A DNA stretch of 64,000 bases, from NCBI GenBank assembly GCA_028875575.1, contig JAPPDF010000080.1, positions 93,940 to 157,939 on the forward strand, written 5' to 3'. The notes beneath the pieces were generated by a model. That model was not told the DNA's origin, made no database searches, and saw only the letters and a list, made by a program, of their open reading frames with translations. Below, piece after piece: positions 1 through 9,803 of this stretch (within the stretch, counting starts at the first letter, position 1; every line of letters begins with the position of its first letter). Origin of the DNA: Acidobacteriota bacterium (GTDB lineage Bacteria > Acidobacteriota > Terriglobia > Versatilivoradales > Versatilivoraceae). The translations under genes and the position numbers were made by a program.

Positions 1-1950
1 ATGCACCACCGAGCCCCATCCCAGTCCGGAGCGCCGGTAGACCTTGGCGTCGGTGAATCGGCCCTCCACGTAGACCTTCCTGGTTCCCACCAGGGCCGGG
101 ACCGGATCGGGTTGCCGCTCGGGAAGCCGCGCCAGGGTTGCCGGCGAGAGGCGTCCGATGGCTGCCAGCCGCAGGTTGACCACCTCGGTGGCAGCCTGCT
201 CGTCGTGGTATCCGTAGGTCTCCTGGTGCCGCTGGTGGAATCGCTGGACCAGGGGACCCAGGTCGGTCCAACCGGAGAGTTCCTCCAGCTCGAAGGAGAC
301 GGGAAGGGAGAATCCCTGCCCTTCATAACGGAGGTCGGAAGCGGTCACAAATGCCACCAGTCCGGAGGCAACTCCTTCCTTTTCCATCTGGGACAGGGCC
401 GACGACTGCAATTCTCGCAGCAGGTCCTTGAACTTGCCCAGGGAGGCCTGCTGCTGCTTCCACAACACCGTACGCACGTAGTCGTGGCGAAAGTCGGCCG
501 TGATCAGACCCAGGGCGGAGCTGACTCCCGGGACCGGCGGCACCAGCACCCGGGGGATCTGCAGATCGGCCGCAAGCTCGGCGGCATGCAGGGGCCCCCC
601 GCCGCCGAAACTGACCAGCGTGAACTCCCTGGGGTCGCATCCCTTCTCCACCGAGAGGCGACGAATGGCCTTGGCCATTACGGCATTGATCACTCGGATA
701 ATCCCTTCGGCAGCCTCGACCGGCTCAAGATTCAGCGGCGTGGCGACGCCGTCGCCGATGGCCCTCGCGGAAAGCTCGGCATCGATAGCCATCTCGCCTC
801 CCAGGAGGTAGTTGGCGTTCAAGCGACCCAGGACCACGTTGGCGTCGGTAACAGTGGGCCGGCTGCCTCCTCGCCGGTAGCAGGCGGGGCCCGGATGGGC
901 GCCGGCGCTCTGAGGGCCGACCTGCAGGGCTCCCCCGGAATCGACCCAGGCGATGCTGCCGCCGCCGGCCCCGACCGTGTTGATTTCGATGGCCGGGATC
1001 TTGAGGACCTGCCCGGCGATCTCGCTCTCCTCGGCAAAGTGGAGGTTGCCGTCGCGGGCCACGGCCACGTCGGCGCTGGTGCCTCCCACGTCGATGGAAA
1101 TGATGTGGTCCAGCCCGGCCTTTCGCCCCAGGACCAGTCCACTCAGGGCGCCGGCGGCCGGTCCGGAAAGCACCATGTGCACACAGTGGCTCTGGGCGGT
1201 CTCGGAGGTCATGATGCCGCCGTTGGACTGCATGATATGAAGTCCCGAGGGAACTTGCAGGGAGTCCAGCCCCTCCTCGAGCCGCTGGATATAGCTGCCC
1301 ACCGAGGGCAGCACGTAGGCGTTGACGGCCGTGGTGCTCAATCTCTCGAACTCCTTGAACTCGGGCAGGATGTCCGATGAGAGCGAGACCCGGGCCTCGG
1401 GAATCTCCTGCCGGATCCAGTCCCGGAGCGTTCTTTCGTGGGACGGGTTCACATAGGAGTGCAGCAGGCAGACGGCGATATCCCGGACTTCCAGTTCCTT
1501 CAGCCGGCGCAGCAGCTGTCGGGCGGGCTCCTCCTGCAGGGGCAGGCTGACCTCACCCGAGTAGAGCATGCGTTCCGGGACTTCAAAGCGGCGCTCCCGC
1601 GGGATCAGGGGCTGGGGACGCTGCTGGAAGTAGTCGTAGAGGCGGGGCCGGTCCTGCCGCATGATGTAGGGCACGTCCCGGAAGCCGGCGGTGACCAGCA
1701 GGGCCACCTCGGCTCCCTTGCGCTCCAGGATGGTGTTGGTGGCCACGGTGGTCCCGTGAATGAAGAACCCCACCGACTCGGCGGGAACCTCGAACTGGCT
1801 CAGGACGCGGCGAGTTCCCTCGATGACGGCCGCGCTGGGCCGCTCGGGCGTGCTGGGAACCTTCAGCAGCCTGAAGTCCCCCTCTTGCTCGTCAAAGCAG
1901 ACGATGTCGGTAAAGGTTCCCCCGACGTCGACTCCGATTCGGACGGACAT
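1..1950 (-). CDS. Hydantoinase/oxoprolinase family protein (HyuA-like A subunit type); C-terminus runs off the window start
   Basis: Absent from the supplied ORF track because there is no stop inside the window. Reverse-complement reading from the ATG at 1948-1950 gives MSVRIGVDVGGTFTDIVCFDEQEG...HGTTVATNTILERKGA...IDVGGTSADVAV, the ASKHA-type motifs of hydantoinase A/oxoprolinase. The frame stays open for 650 codons to nt 1. The 459-aa + ORF 1..1380 is its antisense shadow. Confidence 0.8.
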   Translation of the reverse strand, partial: MSVRIGVDVGGTFTDIVCFDEQEGDFRLLKVPSTPERPSAAVIEGTRRVLSQFEVPAESVGFFIHGTTVATNTILERKGAEVALLVTAGFRDVPYIMRQDRPRLYDYFQQRPQPLIPRERRFEVPERMLYSGEVSLPLQEEPARQLLRRLKELEVRDIAVCLLHSYVNPSHERTLRDWIRQEIPEARVSLSSDILPEFKEFERLSTTAVNAYVLPSVGSYIQRLEEGLDSLQVPSGLHIMQSNGGIMTSETAQSHCVHMVLSGPAAGALSGLVLGRKAGLDHIISIDVGGTSADVAVARDGNLHFAEESEIAGQVLKIPAIEINTVGAGGGSIAWVDSGGALQVGPQSAGAHPGPACYRRGGSRPTVTDANVVLGRLNANYLLGGEMAIDAELSARAIGDGVATPLNLEPVEAAEGIIRVINAVMAKAIRRLSVEKGCDPREFTLVSFGGGGPLHAAELAADLQIPRVLVPPVPGVSSALGLITADFRHDYVRTVLWKQQQASLGKFKDLLRELQSSALSQMEKEGVASGLVAFVTASDLRYEGQGFSLPVSFELEELSGWTDLGPLVQRFHQRHQETYGYHDEQAATEVVNLRLAAIGRLSPATLARLPERQPDPVPALVGTRKVYVEGRFTDAKVYRRSGLGWGSVVH

Positions 1951-2134
1951 GATTCTCCAATGCCGGTGGGGCGGAGCGCCCGGAGACACGGAGGGCGCCG
2001 ATGCCAGACTGGGCTCATGAGCCAGGCCAGCTATTGTAAACGGGAGGAGCGGAGGACGCCAGCAGACTGTTGGCCCGGAAGCAATACCGATGCCGAAGCG
2101 GCATGCTCAGGATGACTGACAGTATTCAAATGAT

Positions 2135-2161
2135 TTGAGATCAACCATTTGGTTCTATAAT
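2135..2161 (+). promoter_or_regulatory. Candidate sigma70-type promoter for the VWA gene
   Basis: TTGAGA (2135-2140), 15-nt spacer, TATAAT (2156-2161), about 40 nt upstream of the ATG at 2201. The spacer is shorter than the 17-nt optimum. Confidence 0.3.
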
Positions 2162-2200
2162 AGAGTAGTAACCAATCCCGATTCCAACAACTCGTTCAAG

Positions 2201-4372
2201 ATGATGTCTTCTCGACTCTGCCATCGTGTCTTCATCCGCCCCGTAGCCTTCTGGCTGATCTTGAAATTGATGGCTCCGGCTTCTGCGTCCGGCTCGCCAC
2301 AGAGGCCGCCGATCGATCCCGATTCAGCCAAGGAATCGCAGCCATCCCCACCCTTTACCGTCAGAGTGCCGGTGAACACCGTGTTGGTGAACGTCACTGT
2401 CACCGACAAAGCCGGGAAGCCGGTCACAGATCTGACTATCGATGACTTCACGCTTTACGAAGACGACAAACGTCAAGAGATTCAAAGCTTCGAGCTGGAG
2501 TCCGGCCGGCCGATCGTCGGTCCGGAAGCGGGGCATTCAGCCAGCGACCAGGCTGGAGGGCAAACTCCGCGGGTGCGATCTCCAGAGGACATCCAGGGTG
2601 AGCCAACCCGCCTCATCAGTTGCTTCATTGACGACCTGACTGCGCACACTCCCAGGTACTATGCCTGGACCGTCTCTGCGCTGAAAAAATTCGTCGCAGA
2701 AGAAATGGGGCCTCATGATCGGGTGGGCATTTTCTCGGCCTCCGGGAACGTCCGAATACCCTTTACCAACGACCGCAAGCAATTGCAGGACCGGATTGAC
2801 GATCTAGTACCAGGGAATCTGCAACTGTCCCGTCCTCTCCTGCACAGAGAGTTTGGATTTTCAGTCATCAGGCGCATCCGGGCGGCTATTCGTAGGCTCC
2901 TGGCAAGTCTGGATCAGCATCTTCTCTTCCTGCGGCATGTCAGGGCGAACAAGTCATTGATCCTTCTGTCCCAAGGATTTGTTCCAGGGCCGGCAATGCG
3001 ATGGAGGCTGGATCGGTTGATCGACCAGGCCCTGCGATCCCGCGTGACCCTCAACACCGTCGACATGAAGGGCCTTCACACCGCGAACCTGGGCCGATAC
3101 CGAGTCCTCTTGGACCGCTACCTGGAACAGCTGGCCGTGGACACCGGGGGCATCTATTTTCGTGACAGCAACGATCTCTTCGAGGGCCTCAGACAGATCC
3201 ACAACGCCCGGTCCTTCTACTATGCGCTCTCCTACACTGCCCCCGATCCGGAGCCCAGCGGCAAATATCACAGGATCAAGGTGGAAGTGGACCGGCCCGG
3301 CCTGACACTCGGACACCGCAAGGGCTACTTTGCGCCCCGGGAAAAACCGTCCCTTGAGAACAGCAAGAACAAGGATCTTCAGCTCGCCCTCGAAGCACCG
3401 GTCGATTTCAACCAGATTCCGGTGCAATTGGACTATGAGTCTTCTCGGCTCAACGAGGATCGCTATCGCTTGAGCGTGTTGACCCACGTCAAGATCGAGG
3501 GGGTGCAATTTCTTCATCAGGAAGGGAAACACCGGAATCTGCTTCATCTGGTCACAATGGTTTACGACCAGAACGACGAGCACGTGGAAGGTTCCGAGCA
3601 GAAGGTGGAACTCAATCTAAGCGAGTCCAGCTATCTCACCATGCTCGATCACGGATTCACTTCCAAAACGGACGTGGAACTTCCTGCCGGCCAGTACAGG
3701 ATCAAGTCCATAGTCCGAGAAGGCAATCAGGCCAGGATGGGATCACTTGAAGAGACGGTCAAGCTTCCCATCCCGGAGAGGGAGGCAAGCCCCCCGGGCC
3801 CAATGGCAAAAGCAGAAGTCGTGGAGACGGCCAGGCCATCCGTTCCGGAGAGCGGAGCGGGAGCGAGTTCCGCCCAGGCAGACTTTGCAGAAGAAGAACT
3901 CGTTCCTTCCCCTTTCCCGGATGGCCTGGGAGGCGGTAATCTGGTGCTGAGCCAACAGCTCATTCCACTGGCTGATCTGAGCGGCGAACTGCGGCAAAGC
4001 CTGTTGGAGGACAGCGACTCGCTGATCTTCAAGGATATCCTGATTCTTCTTCCGATGGATGATCAGATCGACCGCAATTACCCGGTCACGATCTGTTACA
4101 GGCTTTACAACATCAACTATCCCGTTGAGAGCGATGGGATGACGGCTCAGATCCAACTCGCCGATGAAAGCGGCCGGGGCAGCCGATTCCCCCCGGTTCG
4201 TTTAGGGAAAGGCAGAACCCAGTCCCGGAGATCCGGAACTGTCGATGTGGGCTTTAACCTCTCCTTCAAAGACGTGGAGCCCGGCAGATACAAGCTGACT
4301 TTGTTGACGCGGGCCCCGGCAGCCGGCCGGCAAGCAGTAAGTTTCGAAACCACCATCATGGTCGTGGAGTAG
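2201..4372 (+). CDS. VWA domain-containing protein with VWFA-related Acidobacterial-type N-terminal domain, secreted
   Basis: ORF 2135..4372. ATG-ATG at 2201 precedes a signal-like segment (VAFWLILKLMAPASASG). PFTVRVPVNTVLVNVTVTDKAGKPVTDLTIDDFTLYEDDKRQEIQSFE fits the Acidobacterial VWFA-related domain pattern. A VWA-like core follows (LISCFIDDLT...DRVGIFSASGNVRIPFTND). Confidence 0.7.
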   Translation: MMSSRLCHRVFIRPVAFWLILKLMAPASASGSPQRPPIDPDSAKESQPSPPFTVRVPVNTVLVNVTVTDKAGKPVTDLTIDDFTLYEDDKRQEIQSFELESGRPIVGPEAGHSASDQAGGQTPRVRSPEDIQGEPTRLISCFIDDLTAHTPRYYAWTVSALKKFVAEEMGPHDRVGIFSASGNVRIPFTNDRKQLQDRIDDLVPGNLQLSRPLLHREFGFSVIRRIRAAIRRLLASLDQHLLFLRHVRANKSLILLSQGFVPGPAMRWRLDRLIDQALRSRVTLNTVDMKGLHTANLGRYRVLLDRYLEQLAVDTGGIYFRDSNDLFEGLRQIHNARSFYYALSYTAPDPEPSGKYHRIKVEVDRPGLTLGHRKGYFAPREKPSLENSKNKDLQLALEAPVDFNQIPVQLDYESSRLNEDRYRLSVLTHVKIEGVQFLHQEGKHRNLLHLVTMVYDQNDEHVEGSEQKVELNLSESSYLTMLDHGFTSKTDVELPAGQYRIKSIVREGNQARMGSLEETVKLPIPEREASPPGPMAKAEVVETARPSVPESGAGASSAQADFAEEELVPSPFPDGLGGGNLVLSQQLIPLADLSGELRQSLLEDSDSLIFKDILILLPMDDQIDRNYPVTICYRLYNINYPVESDGMTAQIQLADESGRGSRFPPVRLGKGRTQSRRSGTVDVGFNLSFKDVEPGRYKLTLLTRAPAAGRQAVSFETTIMVVE

Positions 4373-4519
4373 ATCGTTCCTCTCGGAGAAGTCACAGGCT
4401 TGAATCGTCCTGCGCGAGTAGGGGCAAACCACCAGCGTCTGGCTCCAAAGCGAGGCGGGCGGACGGCGATCCTCCGCCAGGAGCCACGCGAGTGCAACCG
4501 ACGTGTCAAGGTCGATCAC
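4202..4519 (-). pseudogene. PIN-domain (VapC-like) toxin remnant downstream of a Phd/YefM antitoxin
   Basis: GTG at 4517-4519 overlaps the antitoxin stop (GTGA). The first ~25 codons (VIDLDTSVALAWLLAEDRRPPASLW) resemble a PIN N-terminus. The rest has no PIN-like pattern and runs ~170 nt antisense into the 3' end of the VWA gene. Only ~147 nt of intergenic space is available. Confidence 0.35.
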
Positions 4520-4809
4520 CGGTCGCTTCGATCACTCTCCAATTCGGAGAGAAGGTCGCGGAGTGGCGCTACCGGCCCCGGTGTCTGAGGCTCCCCGGCA
4601 AGCGGCAGCAGGGGTGGCGTCAACCAGCCCTTGCGCACTGCTTCGGCCAGCAGCGCGTCAGCGAGAACCGGGCTCCTGGTTGATTTCGGCGGACCGATCT
4701 CCGCGACGACCCGGTCCCGGTTTGTCACCAGGACGGTTTCTCCAGAAGCTGCCAGCCGCACGTACTCGCTCAGGCGGTTGTTCAGCATCTTGATTCCGAC
4801 TGATCTCAT
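4516..4809 (-). CDS. Type II antitoxin, Phd/YefM family
   Basis: ATG at 4809. MRSVGIKMLNNRLSEYVRLAASGETVLVTNRDRVVAEIGPP matches the Phd/YefM N-terminal pattern. 97 aa. The stop overlaps the start of the PIN-like remnant. Confidence 0.75.
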   Translation of the reverse strand: MRSVGIKMLNNRLSEYVRLAASGETVLVTNRDRVVAEIGPPKSTRSPVLADALLAEAVRKGWLTPPLLPLAGEPQTPGPVAPLRDLLSELESDRSDR

Positions 4810-4864
4810 ACACCACAAGGTAGCGACTAGTTGCTACGATGTTCAAGGCGCAATTGACGTCGCG

Positions 4865-6037
4865 TCAGGAACACTGGCGTTTCCTCCCCTTCCAGTGGAC
4901 CCAGGACTGGATGCCTGTCGTCACCAGCACTACCAGGGCTACCGTGTGATAAGGCGCCCGGGACCCCAGCCACAGGCTCGCCAGGCCCCCGCCCAATGAG
5001 CCCGCGGCAAAGCCCACCGCCAGGCTGGCTTCGTGCATTCCGCTGACCAGTCCCTGCCGCTTCCGGTCGAAGGTGGTGGTGCTGTAGAAGATGCTGGAAA
5101 AGTAGTTGTAGCCCGACAGCAATGCAAACAGGATCAGGCCCAAAAGCAGGAACGGGACGGTTCGACTGTAGGCGAGCAGCATCAGTCCGGCCAGCGCGCA
5201 CAGTTGCGCCAGCAGGGCGGCCGAAAAACGGTAACGCCAGAAGGTCAACCAGAACATTAATGAATAGGTGACGATAACCATCGACCGGTTGGTGGCCACC
5301 ATCAGGCCGTGGATGGGAGCGCTGATCTCCAGTTCGGTTGCCAGATGGGGAAAGAGATGAATGATGACGCTCACCCCCATGGCGCTGGCCACGTTGGCCA
5401 GCCATCCCAGGTAGACGAAGGTGCGGGCGGACTTGGGAACCACGGCCATCTCCCGCTCGGAGGGAGGCAAGGCGGCGGGAGTGGGAGCAGCGATCGGGAA
5501 ACCGGTCCGAACCAGCACCCCCAGCATCAGCACCAACCCCACCAGCAGGGGCAGGGTGGGACCCCACGGAAAGAGCCAACCTCCCGCGGCCTGCCCCGCG
5601 ATCATTCCCAGGTTCCAGGACAGGCAGAACCGGAAGAGCCGCCGGCCCTGCAGCCTGGGGCCAAGCTGCTCCAGTCCTCCCCGCGTCAACCAGGCGATGA
5701 CCGGGGGAAGCATCACCCCGACCGAGGCGCCTCCAATCGGCGCATACAGGTAAAACCATTGATGGTCGGAATGCCATTGGATGCACGCCAGCAGGACCAA
5801 TGCCTGGGCGGTGGCGCCGACAGCGACGACGCGGCGCCCGCCCCAGACGTCGGAAGCCCAGCCTCCGATCGGAGCCCCCAGGCCGAAGCCAAGCGAGGAA
5901 ACCGCCCCCAGGATGCCCAGAGCCATCAGGCTGGCCTGCTGTTCGGCCATCAGCCGGGTCACCGTGAAGACGAACAACATGTAGGCGAAGTCCGCCGACA
6001 GGGCGATCCAGTAGAATTTCAGCTCGCGCTTAAGCAT
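4865..6037 (-). CDS. MFS transporter
   Basis: 390 aa with about 12 predicted hydrophobic helices. MFS-like loop motif (GGWASDVWGGRRVV). ATG at 6035-6037. Confidence 0.75.
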   Translation of the reverse strand: MLKRELKFYWIALSADFAYMLFVFTVTRLMAEQQASLMALGILGAVSSLGFGLGAPIGGWASDVWGGRRVVAVGATAQALVLLACIQWHSDHQWFYLYAPIGGASVGVMLPPVIAWLTRGGLEQLGPRLQGRRLFRFCLSWNLGMIAGQAAGGWLFPWGPTLPLLVGLVLMLGVLVRTGFPIAAPTPAALPPSEREMAVVPKSARTFVYLGWLANVASAMGVSVIIHLFPHLATELEISAPIHGLMVATNRSMVIVTYSLMFWLTFWRYRFSAALLAQLCALAGLMLLAYSRTVPFLLLGLILFALLSGYNYFSSIFYSTTTFDRKRQGLVSGMHEASLAVGFAAGSLGGGLASLWLGSRAPYHTVALVVLVTTGIQSWVHWKGRKRQCS

Positions 6038-6051
6038 ATGTAACCAGAAGA

Positions 6052-6429
6052 GTTATCCACGAAGGACCACTAGTGAATTGTTGAGCCTATCGCCAAAATC
6101 GTAGCGGGGCAGGTTCTCTTGCCGGCAATCTTGAGGATCTGCCTGTTTCGAAATCGGGTGCGACCTGGTAAAAAATGCTGGCTAACCACAAAAAGCACAA
6201 ATGTCACAATTTATTTTTTGTGCCTATTGTGGCCATTCCCGGTAAACGTCCCGCTGCCGAATTTTGCAAGAGGCCCTGTTGATTGTCGAATTCTGATTGT
6301 TGATTGGGGGATCAGGACACCCGATTTTGCGGAAATTCCAGAATCTACAATAAGCCTTCTGCAGAGTTTTGACCTGGGTGCGACTTCCTGTCCCTTGGTG
6401 GATCCCCTTCGTAGTCCCAAAGGGATAAC
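6052..6429. repeat. Word-array element A1 (10-nt/7-nt word arms, AT-rich hairpin core)
   Basis: Termini GTTATCC (6052-6058) and GGATAAC (6423-6429) are reverse complements. Left arm is GTTATCCACGAAGGACCACTAGTGAATTG and right arm is CTTGGTGGATCCCCTTCGTAGTCCC. Core 6092-6270 is ~80% identical by eye to 11281-11466. It includes the palindrome TTGCCGGCAA, an imperfect 16-bp hairpin (6186-6201 / 6217-6232) and an internal heptamer array GTTGATT GTCGAAT TCTGATT GTTGATT (about 6277-6305). Confidence 0.7.
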
Positions 6430-6488
6430 CCCGCAAATGGCCCCCCTTTTGCACTATCATAGCCCCGTTTGTAAACCGGGGGGACGGT

Positions 6489-7205
6489 GTGCCGGTACTC
6501 AGCGCCGAGGGAGTCGGAAAGACCTACACCCAGGGAGAGGCCCCCGTGGTTGCCGTGCGGGAGGTGAACCTGTCCCTGGAAAAAGGAGAGTTCGTCGCCT
6601 TGACGGGACCCTCCGGGTGCGGCAAGTCGACCCTGCTGCATCTTTGCGGGGGCATGGATTATCCCACCCGGGGACGCATCTGGCTGGACGGTACCGATCT
6701 CGGGAGCCTGGACGAAGGCCGGCTCACCCGAGTCCGCCGCCGTCAGATCGGCTTCGTCTTTCAATCCTTCAATCTTCTGCCCACCCTCACCGCCCTTGAA
6801 AACACGGCCCTGCCCCTCATGCTGGACGGCGTATCCCCTGACGTCGCCAGGCGGAAGGCCACCGGGTTGCTCGAGCGCCTGGGCCTGCTCCATCGTCAGG
6901 GCCATTACCCCCAGCAGCTCTCGGGAGGAGAGATGCAGCGGGTCGGCATCGCGCGGGCGGTGTGCCACGACCCCTTGCTGCTTCTGGCGGATGAGCCCAC
7001 CGGAAACCTGGATTCCGCCAACGGGGCCGATGTGCTGGAGCTTCTGCAGGCACTGAACCGCTCCCTGGGAGTCACTGTGCTGCTGGCCACCCACTCCGCC
7101 GAGATGGCGGCTGCCGGCCAGCGATTGTTGCACATGGTGGATGGCAGGATCGAGGCCGACCTCCAGTCCCGGCGGCCCATTGCCGGACACGATCCAGGCA
7201 ACTAA
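6489..7205 (+). CDS. ABC transporter ATP-binding protein (MacB/LolD/AttE-like)
   Basis: GTG start. Walker [10 protein letters not shown], signature [14 protein letters not shown], Walker [13 protein letters not shown]. Confidence 0.9.
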   Translation: MPVLSAEGVGKTYTQGEAPVVAVREVNLSLEKGEFVALTGPSGCGKSTLLHLCGGMDYPTRGRIWLDGTDLGSLDEGRLTRVRRRQIGFVFQSFNLLPTLTALENTALPLMLDGVSPDVARRKATGLLERLGLLHRQGHYPQQLSGGEMQRVGIARAVCHDPLLLLADEPTGNLDSANGADVLELLQALNRSLGVTVLLATHSAEMAAAGQRLLHMVDGRIEADLQSRRPIAGHDPGN

Positions 7206-9778
7206 TGCATCTCTTCCGGACATTCATCCTGCGCCGCCTCCGCAAGGAAAAGCTGCGCGCTCTGGCAACCGTGTTGGGCGTTGCCCTGGGCATTGCCGTG
7301 GTGCTGGCGGTTCGGATGGCCAATCAGAGTTCTGTCCGCAGCTTCGAGACGGCCCTGGAAATGGTGGCCGGCAAGACCTCGCTGGAGATCGTCGGCTCAG
7401 GTCAAGGCCTGAGGGAAGATCGGCTGCTGGAGCTGGACTGGCTGGAGCAGTACGGACAGATCAGTCCTGTCATTGAAGGAGAAGCCAGGGCTTCACTCCC
7501 TTCGGGAACCACCGAATGGCTGAAAATCCTGGGGGTCGACATTCTCAGGGATGAGACCCTTCGGGACTACCGCCTGGTGCGTTTTGCCGATCGGCAACAG
7601 TCCCCCACCCCCAGGGAGTTTCTGCAACTGCTCAGCGACCCCGGGGCCATCGTGCTGACGCAGAAACTGGCACGACGGCACAACCTGGATCTCGGCTCCG
7701 GCCTGGACCTCGACATCGGGGATCGCCGGGAAACCTTGACGGTGCGCGGTCTGCTTCTGGACCGGGGGCCGGCCCGGGCTCTGAATGGAACCTTCGCCCT
7801 GATGGACATCGCAGCCGCCCAGTGGCTCTTCGGGCGTCTGGGTCGGATCGACCGCGTCGACCTGCAATTGAAACCCGAGATCTCCATCGACGGTGCCGAA
7901 GCCGCCATCGCCGCCCGGCTGCCGGAGGGATTGGCCGTCCAGCGTCCCTCCCGCCGCGGGCGCCAGGTGGAAAAAATGCTGGAGGCCTTTCACTTCAACC
8001 TGACCGCCCTTTCCCACATCGCCCTGCTGGTTGGCCTGTTTCTCATCTACAACACGGTGTCGCTGTCGGTCATCACCAGGCGCCAGGAAGTCGGGATCCT
8101 GCGGGCCGTGGGCGGCTCCCGGCGACAGGTGGCGGGGTTGTTCCTGGCCGAAGCCGGCCTGCTGGCGGCACTGGGATGCTCTCTGGGCATCCTGCTGGGG
8201 GGCTGGCTGGCCCGCGGCGCCCTCGGACTGACAGGCGCCACGCTGGATCGGCTCTACATCCGATCCGCCGCCGAACCGGTGTCGCTCGGTCCGGAACACC
8301 TGGTCCTGGCATTCGGGGTGGGCATCCCCCTGGCCTTGCTGGCGGCACTGCTTCCCGCCCTGGAAGCTTCACGGGTGGCGCCGACCGAAGCTGTCCGCGG
8401 CGCCGACCGGGTCGAGAGCCGTATCCGCTTGAGCTGGAGGCAACGCTGGCTTCCCCCGATCCTGTCCGCCCTGGCTGTCGGGTTCGCCTGCCTGGATTCG
8501 GTCGACGGCCTTCCCCTTTTCGGCTATGCAGCCTGCCTCGCCACCGTTTTCGCGGTCGCCTTTCTGGTCCCGGTGGTGCTGCATTTCTCAGGGAGGGCGG
8601 GTTCCTGGCTCACCAGGCGGCGGACGGGAGTGGAGGCCCTGCTGGCCAACGCCAACCTCAGCGGATCAATACCCCGCATTTCGATCTCGGTGGCCGCCCT
8701 GGCCGTGAGTCTTTCCATGCTTACAGCCATCGCCGTCATGATCGGCAGCTTCCGGGAGACGGTCCAGTACTGGGTGGAGCAGACGCTGAGAGCCGACCTC
8801 TTTGTGGCCCCGGCCACGCGTTCCAATGTCTATTCGGAGTCGACGCTCTCTCCCGAAGTCGTGCGACTGATATCCACAAACCCCCGGGTGGCTGCCGTCG
8901 ACCCCTTCACCAGTTTCAACATCGACTATCAGGACCGCAGGGTCTTGCTGGGATCCGGTGACTTCGAGGTGCACCTGAGCCGTTCAGGGCTGCTCTTCAA
9001 GGCTCCACGCCAGGGGCGATCGGCCATGAGAGCCGCCATCGGCGAGGACGCGGCGGTGGTTTCGGAAAGCTTTGCGCTCCGGCATCGGAAGGCGGTGGGA
9101 GACCGGCTGGTGCTCAACACGGACCAGGGGCAGCGTGCCTTTCGAGTGGCCGCCGTCTACTACGACTACTCGAGCGATCAGGGAGTCGTGGTATTGGACC
9201 GGAGCACCTTCCGCAAGTACTACGGAGACCGGCCTCCCCGCAGCCTGGCGGTCTATCTGAAGGCGGGACTCGACCCGGAACGGGTCCGCTCGGAAATGAT
9301 TGCGGGACTCCCGCCCCATTCGCGTCTGTTCGTGCATACAAATGCTTCTCTTAGGGCGGAAGTCCTGCGAATCTTCGACAACACCTTTACGATTACCTAT
9401 GCTCTGGAGATTATCGCCGTGGCCGTGGCCATCCTTGGGGTGGCCACCACCCTGGTCACCCTGATACTGGACCGCAAACCGGAGCTGGCCCTGCTGCGCT
9501 GGGCCGGAGCGGAGCAGCGGCAAATCCGGAAGATGGTGATCATCGAGGCGTCGCTGTTGGGGGCGGTGAGCCAGGGGCTGGGAGTGGTGGCCGGGATTCT
9601 GCTCTCTCTGATCCTGGTCTTCGTGATCAACGTCCAGAGCTTCAACTGGACCATCCAGTTTTACCTGCCGGCGGGCTTCCTGCTGCAGTCGTCCCTGCTG
9701 ATCCTGCTGGCCACAACCCTCTCGGGCATCTATCCCGCCTACCGTGCCGGGCGGATTCCGTCGGCCCGGGAAGCCTGA
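7205..9778 (+). CDS. ABC transporter permease with two FtsX/MacB-type modules (AttF/AttG-like fused)
   Basis: 857 aa. Two 4-TM FtsX-like blocks are separated by large extracytoplasmic regions. The start overlaps the upstream stop (TAATG). Confidence 0.85.
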   Translation: MHLFRTFILRRLRKEKLRALATVLGVALGIAVVLAVRMANQSSVRSFETALEMVAGKTSLEIVGSGQGLREDRLLELDWLEQYGQISPVIEGEARASLPSGTTEWLKILGVDILRDETLRDYRLVRFADRQQSPTPREFLQLLSDPGAIVLTQKLARRHNLDLGSGLDLDIGDRRETLTVRGLLLDRGPARALNGTFALMDIAAAQWLFGRLGRIDRVDLQLKPEISIDGAEAAIAARLPEGLAVQRPSRRGRQVEKMLEAFHFNLTALSHIALLVGLFLIYNTVSLSVITRRQEVGILRAVGGSRRQVAGLFLAEAGLLAALGCSLGILLGGWLARGALGLTGATLDRLYIRSAAEPVSLGPEHLVLAFGVGIPLALLAALLPALEASRVAPTEAVRGADRVESRIRLSWRQRWLPPILSALAVGFACLDSVDGLPLFGYAACLATVFAVAFLVPVVLHFSGRAGSWLTRRRTGVEALLANANLSGSIPRISISVAALAVSLSMLTAIAVMIGSFRETVQYWVEQTLRADLFVAPATRSNVYSESTLSPEVVRLISTNPRVAAVDPFTSFNIDYQDRRVLLGSGDFEVHLSRSGLLFKAPRQGRSAMRAAIGEDAAVVSESFALRHRKAVGDRLVLNTDQGQRAFRVAAVYYDYSSDQGVVVLDRSTFRKYYGDRPPRSLAVYLKAGLDPERVRSEMIAGLPPHSRLFVHTNASLRAEVLRIFDNTFTITYALEIIAVAVAILGVATTLVTLILDRKPELALLRWAGAEQRQIRKMVIIEASLLGAVSQGLGVVAGILLSLILVFVINVQSFNWTIQFYLPAGFLLQSSLLILLATTLSGIYPAYRAGRIPSAREA

Positions 9779-9803
9779 CAGTCAAGGAAATGGAACCGTG
9801 TTC

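Noticed and set aside
1-1380. 459-aa + strand ORF at the window start
   Set aside because: Its composition is low-complexity and Gly/Arg/Pro-rich. It lies exactly antisense to a minus-strand frame that reads as a full hydantoinase/oxoprolinase with classic motifs. This is a typical high-GC shadow ORF.
6166-6178. Sigma-54-like TGG...TGC string in the class A core
   Set aside because: The GG-to-GC spacing is 2 nt shorter than the -24/-12 consensus, and the second copy (A2) has TGT instead of TGC.
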